A stretch of 64,000 bases of DNA from Lingula anatina (Eukaryota > Animalia > Brachiopoda), in the NCBI GenBank assembly GCA_051362555.1, contig CM120640.1, forward strand, positions 10,602,001 through 10,666,000, read 5' to 3'. Below the pieces are notes generated by a model. It searched no databases, was not told the origin of the DNA, and saw nothing but the letters and a program-made list of their open reading frames with translations. Shown piece by piece: positions 1 to 14,156 of the stretch (its first letter is position 1; every line of letters starts with the position of its first letter). Both the position numbers and the translations under genes were made by a program.

Positions 1-1
1 G

Positions 2-73
2 AAATGTGTGCAACCACCATATTTGCAGAACTTGACATGGGACATCCTGTTTCCAGAAGATTTTGTTTGCTAA
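2..73 (+). CDS. 3' end of the last exon (LRRCT) of an upstream tandem copy of the secreted LRR gene
   Basis: Translates to KCVQPPYLQNLTWDILFPEDFVC*, identical to the C-terminus encoded at 3174..3245. The 3' flank (74..530) also matches ~3246..3645, giving a tandem unit of ~3.17 kb. Confidence 0.85.
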   Translation, partial: KCVQPPYLQNLTWDILFPEDFVC

Positions 74-1126
74 TGACATGGAAACAGGAAGAAGCTGATT
101 TGAATAGTTTCCTTGCTTGACTGTTTTATAAAAAACTGCTTCAAAACAATCTATAAGAACTTTGGCTTTCAATTAGCATGGACACCTGGTCTGGCGTGGA
201 AAACAGAATACGTGCGACGAACAGTGCATGGAAATAAAATTGGTGGCTGTTATTTATTTATTCTTTGAAGTACTACTATTTTTCCTCAATTTATTCTCAT
301 TGTTCCATGTGATATTTAATTATATTATTACTCATATCCACAAGGATAGAACATTTTAATCAAAATCCCTGTTTAAATAGCATTTCACAACCCATATCTT
401 GCGACTATAAGAAAACTATTTACTTACCACCCCTTGGTGACTGCAACTGCATATAGATACGAGGTATGATGCCTGAAACTGAACTGCTATTTGTCCCTCA
501 CCAATAAGTTTGAAGGGCAGTGCACATGCCTATTTTTTGTATGTAAATTCGACAATAATAATGCCAAGATTTTGGTATCAAATAACTTTCTATTTTCTAA
601 TATAATACCATAGGTTAACTGATTGTATCAATTCTCAAAATGTACAACCAAAAAGATTAATTGTTAAAATAATAACATGTTTCAATGTAGTACATCTTAA
701 AGGATTTCAAAAGGTGACTCGCATTATTTGTTTAAATATAATATACGTAATTTTTGGGGTGATTTAAGGAAATGACCATTGCTAGCACCATTGTTCAAAG
801 AATTATTATTCCAAACTTCGTGAATCTCCTCGTGGTTAAAGTACTTTGAATGATAGGTCTATGTGGATTCAAAGATAAAGCGAGTAAAAAGCCTGTCTTG
901 TAATTATTGCGCAAAGCATCTTTGGTAACTAAGTGCGCTCTCTATTAATTAACAGCAGTCCATGAAATGGCGAGGTTTTCATAAACATGATCAAGGTCAA
1001 ATTCGATTTGTTTATCTAATCGGATGCACTGAAGTTCGACAGTCATTTGTGGAAGCAAGATAACCTAGATTTGCAAAGATACCTAAAGCAACATTTCGGT
1101 TTCGACGTTGAAAACAGTCTGGCAAA

Positions 1127-3245
1127 ATGATTCTCCGATCTTTATTTGTGTCAGCATTAGTTGTAGGGCTGGTTCTTTTAACAGGAACCGACTGCCAGAC
1201 ACCTACCCCGTGGTCGCCAGTCTGTCCTTACGAGTGTGTTTGTGTTTGGGGTGCCAGCATCGACGCTAAAGTTTTCAATGGAACGTATATGAACTGCACT
1301 GTCCGCAGACGCGGGCCTTTTCCAGTGGGGGAGGTTCCAGAGGATACCGTTATACTTGATCTGTCTTTTAATGAAATGGGACAAATACCAACAGGGGCGT
1401 TCGACAAGATGCTCTATCTACAGGTAGTTAAACGGCATGATTAATATTGCTTTTTTGATTAAATTCATAATCTGTCCAAGAAATGAAATTCATATAAACT
1501 GTATAATATTTTCTGTATTCTAATGTCAAAAATTAAGTAATATATGGCAAATTGTAGACCTAGCCTACTTCGCAACATATTTGGTTATTCAATTGCATGA
1601 TTATTGGTAACAGCCACCCCAACACAGTGAATATTCCCTGTTTTCCATTTCAATTTGATTATAGTGGGATAGACAGAGCAAAAAAAATCTCGACTTCTGT
1701 TGAATTATTTGCAGGGCGTTTGGCTTCAAGGAAACCACCTTTCTGATACCAAAGTGAGCCAGGGGGTATTTGATCCGCTGAAGTATCTACAGATTATTGA
1801 TCTATCGTTTAATGACTATACTCGTATTCCTCAGAATGTGCCAGAAACTATTAAGCAGTGGCATTTTGTCACCAATAAGGTACGTAAACTTGCAGTGCTC
1901 TAAATTAGCTATTCAAAATGAATTGTTGAAAAATGAATTAAACAAGACACGGTTGTGAATACTAGCTCAAAGTTCGTCCGGTGGAAGTTTAACCTATCAT
2001 TATTGCACGGAATACACCTATACCTGTACATAATATTTCAATAATTCACCTCTATTTGCAGATAACACACTTATCTAGCACCGACCTTGACAGATACCCT
2101 TTAATGGAGACCCTCCAGTTATCTAACAACAATATGACCTATATCCCTGTAGGCTTTTTTGCAAAACAGACGCTCCTGTCAGTGTTACAAATATCTTCTA
2201 ATCCGCTCACCAGTGCTGGGCTTCCGTATGGCGTGTTCAAAGACGCGATTACTCTAACCAGTTTGGAACTTAAATCGGATAAGTTGACTCGAATTCCAAG
2301 TGGTTTGCCGGAAGCCCTACAAACCCTTGACCTTTCAACAAATAATATTGGTCGTCTCTATTCCAGCGACTTTGTAGGAATTTCACGCCTTGGAGAACTC
2401 GAGTTGTCCTCGAATGAAATATCAGCAATAGACACTGGGGTATTTTCAAGTCTGATAAACCTGAAAACTTTGGGTCTCTCTAATAACCATCTCACGCATT
2501 TAAGTGATGGAATGTTCGACGGACTTGCCAGCCTCGAGTCAATTTCCTTGTATGGGAATAAAATGATTATGATATCGGACAATGCCTTTGTCCCTTTGAG
2601 AAATCTTGGCACCATTGACCTGGACTCGAACAGTCTTGAAACTCTACAGTATGAGGTAAGTTAACGGTTCATTTAAATTGCAAATACGGTAATTGTGTCA
2701 TGAGTTTCATTTTAGAAAGAATTGTTGGTCACCTTGAGAAACCAAATTTAAATCCCAGATTTTAAGTCAGCTTTAACATTTTTTTTTAAATCCCGGCATT
2801 TAATTTACGATAAAGTCCGATTGTTGGATTAACTAATGTAAAGCAGATATTAAATGGAATGAGTGACTGATAGAGAGCTTTTGTGACAATGTGCTATCTT
2901 TTAGAGTATTAAACATTTACCTGTCATATTTTTATTCGGTTGCTATTACCCATCAAAAAGAGCAGTGGGTTATTTTACTCTCATATCATTTCCGTTTCAC
3001 AAAATGTTTAAGAAATCTATATATTAACTGCTCAGGTTTACTACAATCCACCCTTCAAGAATTTGACTTCGCTGTTCATATCGTCTAACCCGTGGAACTG
3101 CGATTGTCGCCTTAGATGGTTGCGTGAGCTGGTTGATCTAAAGCCTTATCTGCTGCTTCTTCCGGAATTTGTGAAATGTGTGCAACCACCATATTTGCAG
3201 AACTTGACATGGGACATCCTGTTTCCAGAAGATTTTGTTTGCTGA
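1127..3245 (+). CDS. Secreted leucine-rich repeat protein (signal peptide, LRRNT, LRRs, LRRCT), 421 aa; exons 1127-1423, 1715-1879, 2062-2655, 3036-3245
   Basis: Hydrophobic N-terminus MILRSLFVSALVVGLVLL, LRRNT CPYECVC..C, repeated LxxLxLxxNxL, LRRCT NPWNCDC..KC..P..L..FVC*. All introns are GT..AG phase 0 and join in frame. No TM segment. Confidence 0.9.
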
Positions 3246-3646
3246 TGACATGGCAACAGGAAGAAGCTGGTTTGAATAGTTTCCTTGCTTGACACTTTCA
3301 TAAAAAACTGCTTCAAAACAATTTATAAGAACTTTGGCTTTCAATTAGCATGGATACCTGGTCTGGCATGGAAAACGGAATACGTGCGACGACCAGTGCA
3401 TGGAAATAAAATTGGTGGCTGTTATTATTTATTATATTATATATTCTTTGAAGCACTACTATTTTTCCTCAATTTATTTCATGGTTCTATGTAATATTCA
3501 CAAAATAAAAAAAATTGTCATATTCCCTTTTTAAAGAGTATACACAACCCATCTTGCCATCATGACTGCCACCTCGGACAGTCACGAGGTATGGTGCCTT
3601 AAACCGTTAAGTGTTCCTCACCAATAAAGTTGAAGGGCAGCGCACG

Positions 3647-6600
3647 TGTGTTAAGATACTTTATGGTATATTACCACTTCATGGGATAAATGCTCTGATT
3701 TTATTGTCAAATCGACTTCATAGGATAAATTGCGACTTCATCTCCACACAATATATTGCCTGCGACTTCATGGGATAATGGTGAAAAAGTACCTGTTGTT
3801 GGCCCAACGTATGAGAGAGAACGTTTTTGAAATATGTTTTTGTACTGTAAATATTATCCAAAATAGGTAAACTGTACGTTTTAATTCACTTGTATGACTG
3901 AATAGGGTTTCTTTAGTGGTATTGGATGCATGTTTTGAGTAATTTTAAAATACACAGGCGTATGTAGGTGAGGACCTATGGATCAGGTAAACAAGGCTAT
4001 GAAAACATAATTTACGCGTAGGTTACTGGATTATAAGATGGATAAATAAACAAATAGGAATCAGTTATTAAAGATAAATAAATGGAATATAAAAAGAAGC
4101 AGAGAAGGTCGTGTATATAATTGTGCTCTACAATTATCTTGTTCAAGTCGCGTCCCACTCTGAAAAGACAAATTTTTCCATGAGGAAAGACACGCGCAAG
4201 TGTAATGATTTACGTCTGTCCCTTGGTTTCCGAGATGCTCTAGATCTGTTCTGGTCCTACACCTGTGAATGTCCATCATGATGTGATCAATGCTGTCCCC
4301 GAAATGTGCCCTTGGCTGGCTCTCATTTGACCCGAAAGTATTATCTGCGGCACAGTCAGCATTTGGAAACCTGTTAATAAGGCGTTCTAAGGGGGGGGGG
4401 GGGGGGGTAGGCCTACTTATTGTTCAGCAGCCTGATTAACGTAGTTGATCTTCGAGATCAACAGGCTTGTAGATTGATATTTATTCAGAATTGTGGTTGA
4501 TTGTAATTGTGGTTGATTGTAATTTTTACATCGTGATTTCTGCTATCTACCCGTAGACCTTTAGTAGTGGGACTTTGCAGTCATTTGGGGTGGGGGGTAT
4601 GTATTTTTTATATCGTTGTTACTGGTATCCTCTATCCATTTAGGTGAGGAGCATGAGACGTTGGGGATATTTAAACTTGCCATTAGGGATGTGCACGTGT
4701 CCTTCAGAATTTTGGTGACTTTGGTGACCTAGAGGTGGTTGATTATTATTTTTAAATTGTATTTTCTGCTATATACCTATAGGTCTTTAGGTTGAGGAAA
4801 CTAAAATGTCGGGGTGTGCATAGGCAGTTTTTTTTGTTTTTTTTGTGACCTGGGGTGTGGCTGTCCCTGGGGATGGTACACATATATATTACAGTAATTT
4901 ATTTCATCTCCCCTTGGACCATTCGAATAAGAAACATGAGTCTTTGGTGCATGGGAGGGCTACATAAGTGTGACTTGGGGTGTGGCTGTCCCTAGCGGGT
5001 GGAGTGATTAGTGGTTTGTCAGGCAATGAAGCTGATTCCATAGTTTGCACTTAAGATTCCTTGCAGAGTTGGACCGACCCAGCTAGCACTAAATCCTATG
5101 TGTGAATCTGATGGCGGTCTTCGAGTTAGGAAGGAAGGGGAAATGTAGAGAAAGCAGCAGACAGTACTAAATAACAGACCTTCAGTAGTATTCTTGAATA
5201 TAGGTCAAGTTAGTAAAACCCATTCAAGACCCCATACTCTCAGGAATTCTACATGTAGGATCCAAGTCCCATTGTTCTTTAACATAAAATGCACATGTTA
5301 ATTACTGCTCTTGGGAAATAAACATTTTTGTTTTGTGTTAAGACACAACAGCAGTTAAACGCTAGGATTCCTGATCGAGTGTGTGGGGCCTTGAATTAGT
5401 TTTTAATTGGATTCCCTGACCTATATTTATGCATATGGCTGGAAGTCCATTTAGTTCTGTATGTGCTTCTGCTGTTCTCTACATTTCTCAAGGACCCATG
5501 CACATTCATTAAAATGACTGGTTCATCAATCTCAGTTTCATGTTCCTTATTAATGGTAGGCCTATAGATGGCAGAAATAAAGTTGTGAAAAATAGAATCA
5601 ACCACCCCCCGGGATAGCCACACCTGAAATATCATACTAACATTCCCGGAAACCTATGCATATCCTCAATGGTAAGCTTATCAGCCCGGAAGGTTTTATG
5701 TTCTCAACTGTAATGGCGTAAGGGTAGAAGCACGAATAACGATGTAAAATTTAAAATCAACCCCCCCAGGGGCGGCCACATCCAATGTCACAAAAACCCA
5801 GAAAGACCCATACACATCCCCAAAGACAGATTTTTCAATCCCCATAGCCTTACGTTCCCAGCTTTATTGGTCTAAGGATAGATATAGCAGGAATAACAAT
5901 GTCAATTAGACTCAACCGCCCCCAGGACCTCCCCCCCCCCAAAAAAAAATCCGAAGTGCCCTTCTACATTCAAAATAGTATGTAGCCACGTTTCATGTTC
6001 CTAGCATAAAATACGATGTAAAAATTAGAATAGACCACCCCCAGGGTCGACCACACCCCAAGTCACAATTGAATTCCGAAGAGCCTTTGCAAATCCCTAT
6101 AATGATAGGTTTATTAATCCCCGACGTATCAAGTTCCTAACTATGATGGTTTAGGAAGTAACAATGTTAAATAGATTATGCATGTATATAATAAATTGTC
6201 CACCACAGGGAAAGCTTACCTAGCCGAGACAACCCCGTCCCCATTCCAATTCTACCTCTATAGAAATTCACACTAGCTATTTATTGACTAAGAAAAAATT
6301 CTGGTTGCAAAATGCGTTCAGGTTGAAAAATTCGTTTTCACGATTTTCTTTGGTTGCAAAAATGCGTTGCAGTTGCTAAATGCTAAAATGCGGCTCTACA
6401 CCAGTTTTATGAATCCCCAGCATTTCATTCTCCCCAACATCTATCTGGACAGTTGACTGTTTCAAATAATTCAGATTTCAGACTTTCCGATCTAAGCGTT
6501 TTCATTAATTATATAGGCCAGGAGGTCAATCTTTTTAAACGACCGAGATATTTTCGAAACATTTATGTTGCATATCAATAGAAAAGCCTTTTTTTACAGC

Positions 6601-7982
6601 TTGTTATTGCAAGTCATAACATTTATGTCATAGTTACAAAAGAGATACTTCTATAACACGAATAATGGAATAGACGGTTTGTTAAAGATATCGATGTACT
6701 GTCACGTTCTTAATTCTTCTTCAGAACGCGATTGGTAGAATTCAAAATAAACGCTGCCACCAGTTGAAAATAAAACTATGAAGTTTATTCAACTATATTA
6801 AGTTCAAAAGTCACAACTTTCGGTTATCTTGACCGTCTCTACATGTGTTCAAATCACTAATCTCTACTCTGTTCTGTGCTACGCTCTGTACTCCAATCTA
6901 ATCTAATCCAATCTCTAATGCAATGTAACTATAATCGTCCTTTAGCTACGAACTACAACCCTTTTATAGTGCTCCAGCGGCACGGGCCGGAGGAGCTCCA
7001 AAAAAGTTCTAGGGATCCCGGATCCCGGAAAAGGCACTGCTTAATTAGAACTGACAGAAAGGGCTCCCACTAAGGGCACTCCAGTGCAAAAGGCGCTCGG
7101 AGCTCCCTTGACCAAAAGGGCGCTCGGAAAAAGGCGTTCGTTAATTAAAGCTGACAAGAGGGGCACGTTGCTCTGGTCATTCCAGTGCGAAAAGCTCTGT
7201 TAATCAAAGGTGACAATGAGACGCACATTTAGTGCACACTTTAAATTGAAAATGATAAAAACACAACAGTACACTTAGTGTGGACCTAGTAGAGTTCTCT
7301 ACCTACAGTGGAAAGACATACATTCTAGCTACTGTGTACTAGCCACATCTATAAACCTGCGCCGTCAATCAAACCGCACATGGTCAGTTTTATGCCCTAG
7401 TTTTAAGGCAGGCAATGTGTTTATTTATACACTTCGTTTGTCTTATACATCTAGTGCCTTAGACCCATCATGATTCAACGTCCAAATATTGTCAGTTTTT
7501 AATCGTCCTGAAATCTGAAAAATCTCAAAACTAAATGGGTAAAACAAAAAACTAGCTTTATGCTTTCCGTCACTGGACCGGCCGGAGCTCTTGAAATAAA
7601 GTACATTATTTATAGAAGTTAATCTTACGGGTATGAACATCTGAATATAACAGCTTCATTAAACTCCAACGAGATAAAATACGCACTATCATGTGAGTGA
7701 GTAATGTTATCCCCCCCCCCCCCCCACACACACCCCCCATTTCAAATACACGCGTCACTCTGGAAATCATGGTCTAGAATGAAACATCATATCGACCTTT
7801 ACGCCTCATTTCCACATCCAACCAGAACTGAAACATGTTTGGATACAATGTACCATGAAGTGGTAATATACTACGAAGTCTCCTAAGGGTACTTATTTTT
7901 TAACCAATGAAGTCGCCTTCTATCATGAAGTAGTAATTCTTATCCTATGAAGTGGTAATATACTATGAAGTATCTTAACACA
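3647..7982. mobile_element. ~4.3-kb non-autonomous TIR DNA transposon inserted in the LRR tandem unit
   Basis: Left end TGTGTTAAGATACTTTATGGTATATTACCACTTCATGGGATA is the near reverse complement of right end TATCCTATGAAGTGGTAATATACTATGAAGTATCTTAACACA. The flanks rejoin to resemble the empty site at ~512-535 (gaagggcagtgcacatgccta). Internal inverted repeats at ~4560-5000 vs ~5600-6150. No transposase ORF seen. Confidence 0.8.
6700..7307 (-). mobile_element. Probable solo LTR (~0.6 kb) nested in the TIR element
   Basis: TG..CA ends (TGTCACG.. / ..CCTACA). On the minus strand there is a TATA box (CTATAAAAG, 6961-6969), then AATAAA (~6783-6788), plus short U3-like tandem repeats at 7030-7220. 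No clean TSD. Confidence 0.55.
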
Positions 7983-8164
7983 TGTGCCTAATTTTAATTT
8001 AAAACTTTTTTACATAGTAAAAGTAAAAGACAGACTAAAAAGCCATGTTGTATGTTTTGGTATCAAATATCTGTCTATTTTCTAATCTGAAACCATACTT
8101 AGACTGTTTGTATCAATTCTCAAAAAGTACGACCAAAAGATTAATTGTAGCAATGACTTTACTT

Positions 8165-8524
8165 GTTTAATGACTAGACTCGTATTCCTCAGAATGTGCC
8201 AGAAACTATTAAGCAGTGGTATTTTGTCACCAACAAGGTACGCAATCTTGCAGTGCTTACTAAATTAGCTTTTCAAAATAAATTATTTTAAAAATTAATT
8301 AAACAAGAAGCAGTCGTGAATAATAGCTCAAAGTTCGTCCGGTGGAAGTTTAACCTTTCATTACTGTACAAAATACCGGTACACCTTTACCTCCTCATAA
8401 TATTTCAATAATTCACCTTTATTTGCAGATAACACATTTATTTATCTAGCACCGACCTCGATAGCTACCCTTTATTGGAGAGCCTCCAGTTATCTAACAA
8501 CAGCATGACCAATATCACCGTGGG

Positions 8525-8571
<47 letters not shown>

Positions 8572-9652
8572 AAACAGACGCTCCTTTCGATGTTACAAAT
8601 ATTTTCAAATCCGCTCACCAGTGCTGGGATTCCGTATGGCGTGTTCAAAGACGCGATAACTCTTACCAGTTTGGAACTTAAATCGGATAGGTTGACTCGA
8701 ATTCCAAGTGGTTTGCCGGAAACCCTACAAAGCCTTGATCTTTCAAAGAATAATATTAACAGTCTCTATTCCAGCCACTTTGTACATGTAGGAATTTCAC
8801 GTCTTGAAAGGCTTGAGTTGTCCTCAAATGAAATATCAGCAATAGACACTGGGGCATTTTCTAATCTGATTAACCTGAAAACTTTGGGTCTCGCTGATAA
8901 GCATCTTACGCATTTAAGTGACGGAATGTTCGACGGACTCGCTAGCCTCGAGTTAATTAATTTGTATGGGATAAAATTATAATGATATCGGACAATGCCT
9001 TTGTCCCTTTGAGAAATCTTGCAACCATTGACATGGACTACAACAGTCTTGAAACTTTACAGTATGAGGTAAGTCAACGGTTCCCTAAAATTGCGATACG
9101 GTAATTGTGTTAGCGGTTCCATTTTAGAAAAAATGTGGGCTAGTTACAGAAACCCAACCTGCGCCCCAGTTTTAACCTTTTCTAAATCCCGGCATTTAAT
9201 TAATGATTAGGTCTTGTTTTTAGATTAACTCATATAAACCACACATATTAAATTGGATGGGCGACCGATAGAGACCCATTGTGTCAGATGTGCTATCTTG
9301 TAAAAAATTTAAACATTTACGGTGATTTACCTGTCATATTTTTATTCGGTTGCTATTACCCATCAAAAAGAGCAGTGGATTATTTTACTCCCATCGCTTT
9401 TCCCTTTGACAAAATGTTTAAGAAATCTATAATTTAATTGCTCAGGTTTACTACAATCCACCCTTCAAGAATTTGATTTCGCTGTCCATATCGTCTAACC
9501 CGTGGAACTGCGATTGCCGCCTCAGGTGGTTGCGCGCACTGGTTGATCTAAGACCCTATCTGATGCTGTCGGAATTGGTTAAATGTACCCAACCACCATA
9601 TTTGCAAAACTTGACATGGGATATCCTGTTTCCAGAAGATTTTGTTTGCTAA
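8165..9652 (+). pseudogene. Truncated LRR gene copy: promoter, exon 1 and most of exon 2 are deleted, and exon 3 is frameshifted
   Basis: High similarity to 1807..3245 including introns. A 4-bp insertion at the start of exon 3 gives ATC TAG, the T run is expanded from 6 to 43 nt (8526-8568), and there is a 1-bp deletion near 8970. Exon 4 (9446-9652) is still open. Confidence 0.88.
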
Positions 9653-12600
9653 ACTGATGACAACAGAAGAGAAGCTTCTTTGAACACTGCGATATACAAT
9701 TTGACTTGATTCCCCGACTAAACCAATTCCATAGGAATAGCTCTTTACAAATTTTTATCAAATACTTAAGCATTCACAACATGGAGACCTGACGTGGGAA
9801 TACAGAAAACGAGTCGCACAGTACATGAAAATGAAATAGAACTGTCTCCTCATCGCGTATACAGAGATCATGACAATGACGTAAATCAAAAAGAAAACAC
9901 AACGTCTAATGTTTGATGGTAGGCCTATTACAATTCAGTATTGGTCGTAAATTAAGCCTAAGTAGATGATTTCATGATTTGGCATGCTTCAAGGTGTTTT
10001 ATTCGGGAGTCGACAAACAAACACTGTGCAAATTACAGACTCGTATTCTTAAGCAACAAAGCGACAAACAGAAGCATATCGGAGCAACATGAAGCGGGAA
10101 TATCGCCTGTGGTGTGATGGAAATATAGCAAATGTAAATGTAAGTCTCAGTGAAATAAAAAGTGCAGCAGGGTGGCCAGGTGACAGTGTATCAAAAGAGG
10201 TCACAGATACACATCGTTATTTATTTGCTAGTTTGCCTCACGAAGTACATGGTCCGGTGTACATAACCAAACATTTATTTTCCGTCGTATTATCACGGTT
10301 TAAATCTAAAGTTACAAGCTAAATAGGGAGGCAGCCCGTGTCCCAACAATCCACCTCTTCCATTTGCAACAAGAACCCGAAGACACAATAAATGAGATTT
10401 TTATTATATTCATAGGAATAGCTGTTTGCAACTTTTTATGAAACACTTATGAAAAATTAAAAAAAAAAAACATTTTGCATGCATGAAATGACCATCCTTG
10501 CTTAACATACTGTCCCTTGTACTAAGACAGCTTATCAATTGATACAATCAACATCCTAAAATAAATACCTTCACCTTGACCATCAAAGGCTTTTTCTCTT
10601 ATTTATAATTGTTGAATTGTTGACACTTACCCGAAAAAAGGTGATTCATTGTGCTTACCAGCACAGTAACCACGAATGGTCTTGCAGAAGGCAGAAGGGG
10701 AAATCAAAGACAAAACCTTGATGTTTTAAAATTCCAATCGATCTGGATATCCCAACAGGAACATGTCGGTTTTACTCTTAAATACTAACATGTTATCATG
10801 CAACTAAAAGCATAGATCTACATGCAAATTCAGTTTGGGTGGTTCAGTCCAATTCCAACGTGAATGAAAATCAACATCAAACCCTAAGTCTGCATAAGCT
10901 GAAGCGATTTTTAACGCCTCGACATTAGAGAGACGGTGAGACAGCTCATGCCCCCTTCCCTCAACCCAAACGCGCACGTATTAACAATACCATGATATTA
11001 ATAAGAAAAGAATATGTGCCCTCTGTGGAATGCAGGATTTGCGTCATACGTGAAATTATTCTCCACTTCAAAGCCAATCTAGCAGATGATAACAAACAAC
11101 GGTTTTGTTGACGAAGGTAATCTGGCTGAAAGTTTTAAATGTGAGTCCATTCATTAATTGGGCATTTTCTCTTCTACTTAAAAAGAAGTGTCACACGTCC
11201 TTCCTGATATCTTAATAATGAGGCTTTTTGCTTCTGACTAAGTTACTAACATACAGCTAAAAACTCACCTTAATATTACTTTTACATTGTCAGCATAGCG
11301 ATAAGTTCTTGTGTCCATGTGATTTGTAACAGCCTGGTGCATTAGTTTCTGCTCTATGAAACAGATTTGCCTGTATAATCCAAAAGTTAATTCCCCTTGC
11401 CATCACATATGGTGGGTTACTAAGAATCGTTTTGAGTAACGTGAAAGCAGTCCTGTTTTGACGTCACAAAGATACGTTAAATTATCCTGCTTAATAAAAA
11501 GTGAAGGTGCACAACAAAATATGTATTATTAAAGTAGCTATTTTACTCGTGCAGTATATAGCCTTAATGCACGTCTTCTGGAAGTCAGAAGCTTCAATCT
11601 GATTAACATAAATTCGCCGTTAGAATAGTAACCACAACAGTGCGAATCCACTTAATTTTGCCGGATTACTATCTGGTCCTTATTTACTCTTTGCAGGGAG
11701 AAAAAGCAATTACAGTTATACGGCTTTCCCTCAAAGGGCCACGTTGACGCTCAGATCACCAAGCTATCGAAATACCACACCCATCTCACTACCGCAACGG
11801 TGTCCAGTATAGTACTCTCTGTTGAACTGTCAACGTGAATTCTTCTTCATGTGTGGTTCAAAATGTACGGTTGTCGTGTGCCCGTCGTCTGGTAGAAGAC
11901 AAAACTAACGCACAGTTTCACTTACATCTCTGAACTTACGAGGGTTGCGAGGAGAAAAAATGACGCAACAGGTCCTATAATTTTAACTCTGCTGCGTCGT
12001 ATGCACATAGTAGAAAGATACACCGCAACATATTTTTGCCTTGTATGCTGTATGTCACAGGATACAGCATTTTCATCACAATAAATAGATTTTAGACGAT
12101 TTTTGATTTTAACCTATCATATTAAAACTAGTATAAAATGGAGAGGTGTATCGATGTTTATTTGAGATTTAAGATTCCTACCGTCACACAAAGGTGCACC
12201 TCTTCACATACCCCTCGAGACACGCGCTTCCGGGCGACAGCTAGGGACCCATTGCTGAGCGTGCGAGCAACGGTGATAAAATGAATCCATTATCTGTTTA
12301 CTCTCGCGGTGTCAACTACACATAAATCGAATATAAATTCATAGCAGGTACGAACATGGTTCATTTGTTTGCGGATTACTCGCGTCGACAGAGCACGTAA
12401 CTATGTATAAATTTTTATCTTTTCTTGAATGAGATCATGAATCTCACCGGCGACTTTGATAAATGCAATGAAATGAAATACTTCTTGCATGGGTTAACAA
12501 TATCATTACATGAATTATAGGAAGGTCTTATTTACTTTCTTGTTAATATCAATATTTTAGAATTCCGGCTATCGGCTGAGAATTCAACAAGATGTTGATT

Positions 12601-13898
12601 TACACTTCATAAGTAGGGCAACTATGCAATGGAGCAATGAAAGTCCTACAGGCATTCATTCCCATACAACAAAAAAGGCATGTCTTTATATCTCTCAGGG
12701 GCGATGTCCATTGCTACAGAGAAGCTTGAAAAAAGCAATCATCGCAATGTAAAATGCAAAGCTAGTGATGCTACAGAGAGGAGAGCTTCCACGTGTGCAG
12801 TTCAGCGCTAGCGGTCTAACGTGGTGTGTTTGTAATCGTATTGGTAGCAATTAAAATAATTAAAAGAAAGAGAAAGTAAGATTCAAAAGGACACTTGCAA
12901 ATATATCAAGATGACAGTAGTATGGTAGGTAATAGGCTATTGTCCTTGTTCTGTTTACGGACGCTCAACAAAAATATTTTCAACGCCAATTTACAAAATA
13001 TGCCAATCAATATAGATTTATTGGAAATTTTTATTTTGTTTTCTTTTCATAGTAATGTTTCATTAAAATTCCCTGACAAAGCGTCTTAACTGGGGGAAAG
13101 CAGACCATCGAAGTTCTAGTAGCACCCAATAGCCTACAATCAATGTCTGGCAGTAAAAAATGTAAAAGGATGAAAAATATTTTAAAAAAAGGAGAAAAGG
13201 GAAAAATGATATGTATGGATAAAGAGCTCATCATTATCCAATGAGGCTTTTATCGCTTACAGCCTGCATTAATGCGTGTATTCCTTTGTGATTTAATTAT
13301 TCAATCTCAGTATCCATCAATGAGCTAAAATGCACAGCATCCTCGGCATTGTATTTATATGATAGCATGTTGAACAGTACGCCGTGGCATGTGGGTGGGT
13401 AGCGTTTCAAGATGAATACCAGACAAACGAACTAAGCTACAGCGTATGTCTATTACTGCCAGCACAACATCGAGAAGCTGGGGCTGATGTGTTCTTAACT
13501 GCCAGTAAAACAATGGAACCTCTTCTAGACTGAAGCACATTTTCAGATTCTATAGCAAGCAGGAATGGCAATAGCAGCTATCAGCTCTCATACAGACAAG
13601 TGATTGGCATTCCCAGTTTAAATAACGTGTTAACTAAGACCCAAACCAACAAGGGCAGCTACCATTGTTAATCCTTCAGTCTGAGCTGTAGCTGCTCGCG
13701 ATGCGGTTGCCGATGTTGCAAAATCTACATAGTCTGGTAATAAGGATATCATTATAAACTGCTGTAATTATTATCCTGACTTCCAGTAAATAATGCAGCA
13801 CAATGCGGGTGGGTTCACAGTCATATGACTGTTCGTAAGTGCCGTATGTGAAAGAGAGATAGAACTGAACAGGATTTTCATCTATTGGAGTAATAATA

Positions 13899-14073
13899 AT
13901 GGCGGAGCCTTTGGTCACTGGGACACCACCAAAATCGCCTGTTGCAAGCTTCTTCAGAAGGGTATGTACTAGTTACACTTGGAGTGTAAGTATGCCTCAT
14001 CAAAATTGCATTCGAGTATGTGTGTGTGTGTCTGAGCCTGTGTCTGTATCTCCAGGTGTGTGTGTGTGTGTGT

Positions 14074-14156
<83 letters not shown>

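Noticed and set aside
8590-8982. 130-aa LRR ORF as an independent gene
   Set aside because: It is the open remnant of exon 3 between two frameshifts in the pseudogene.
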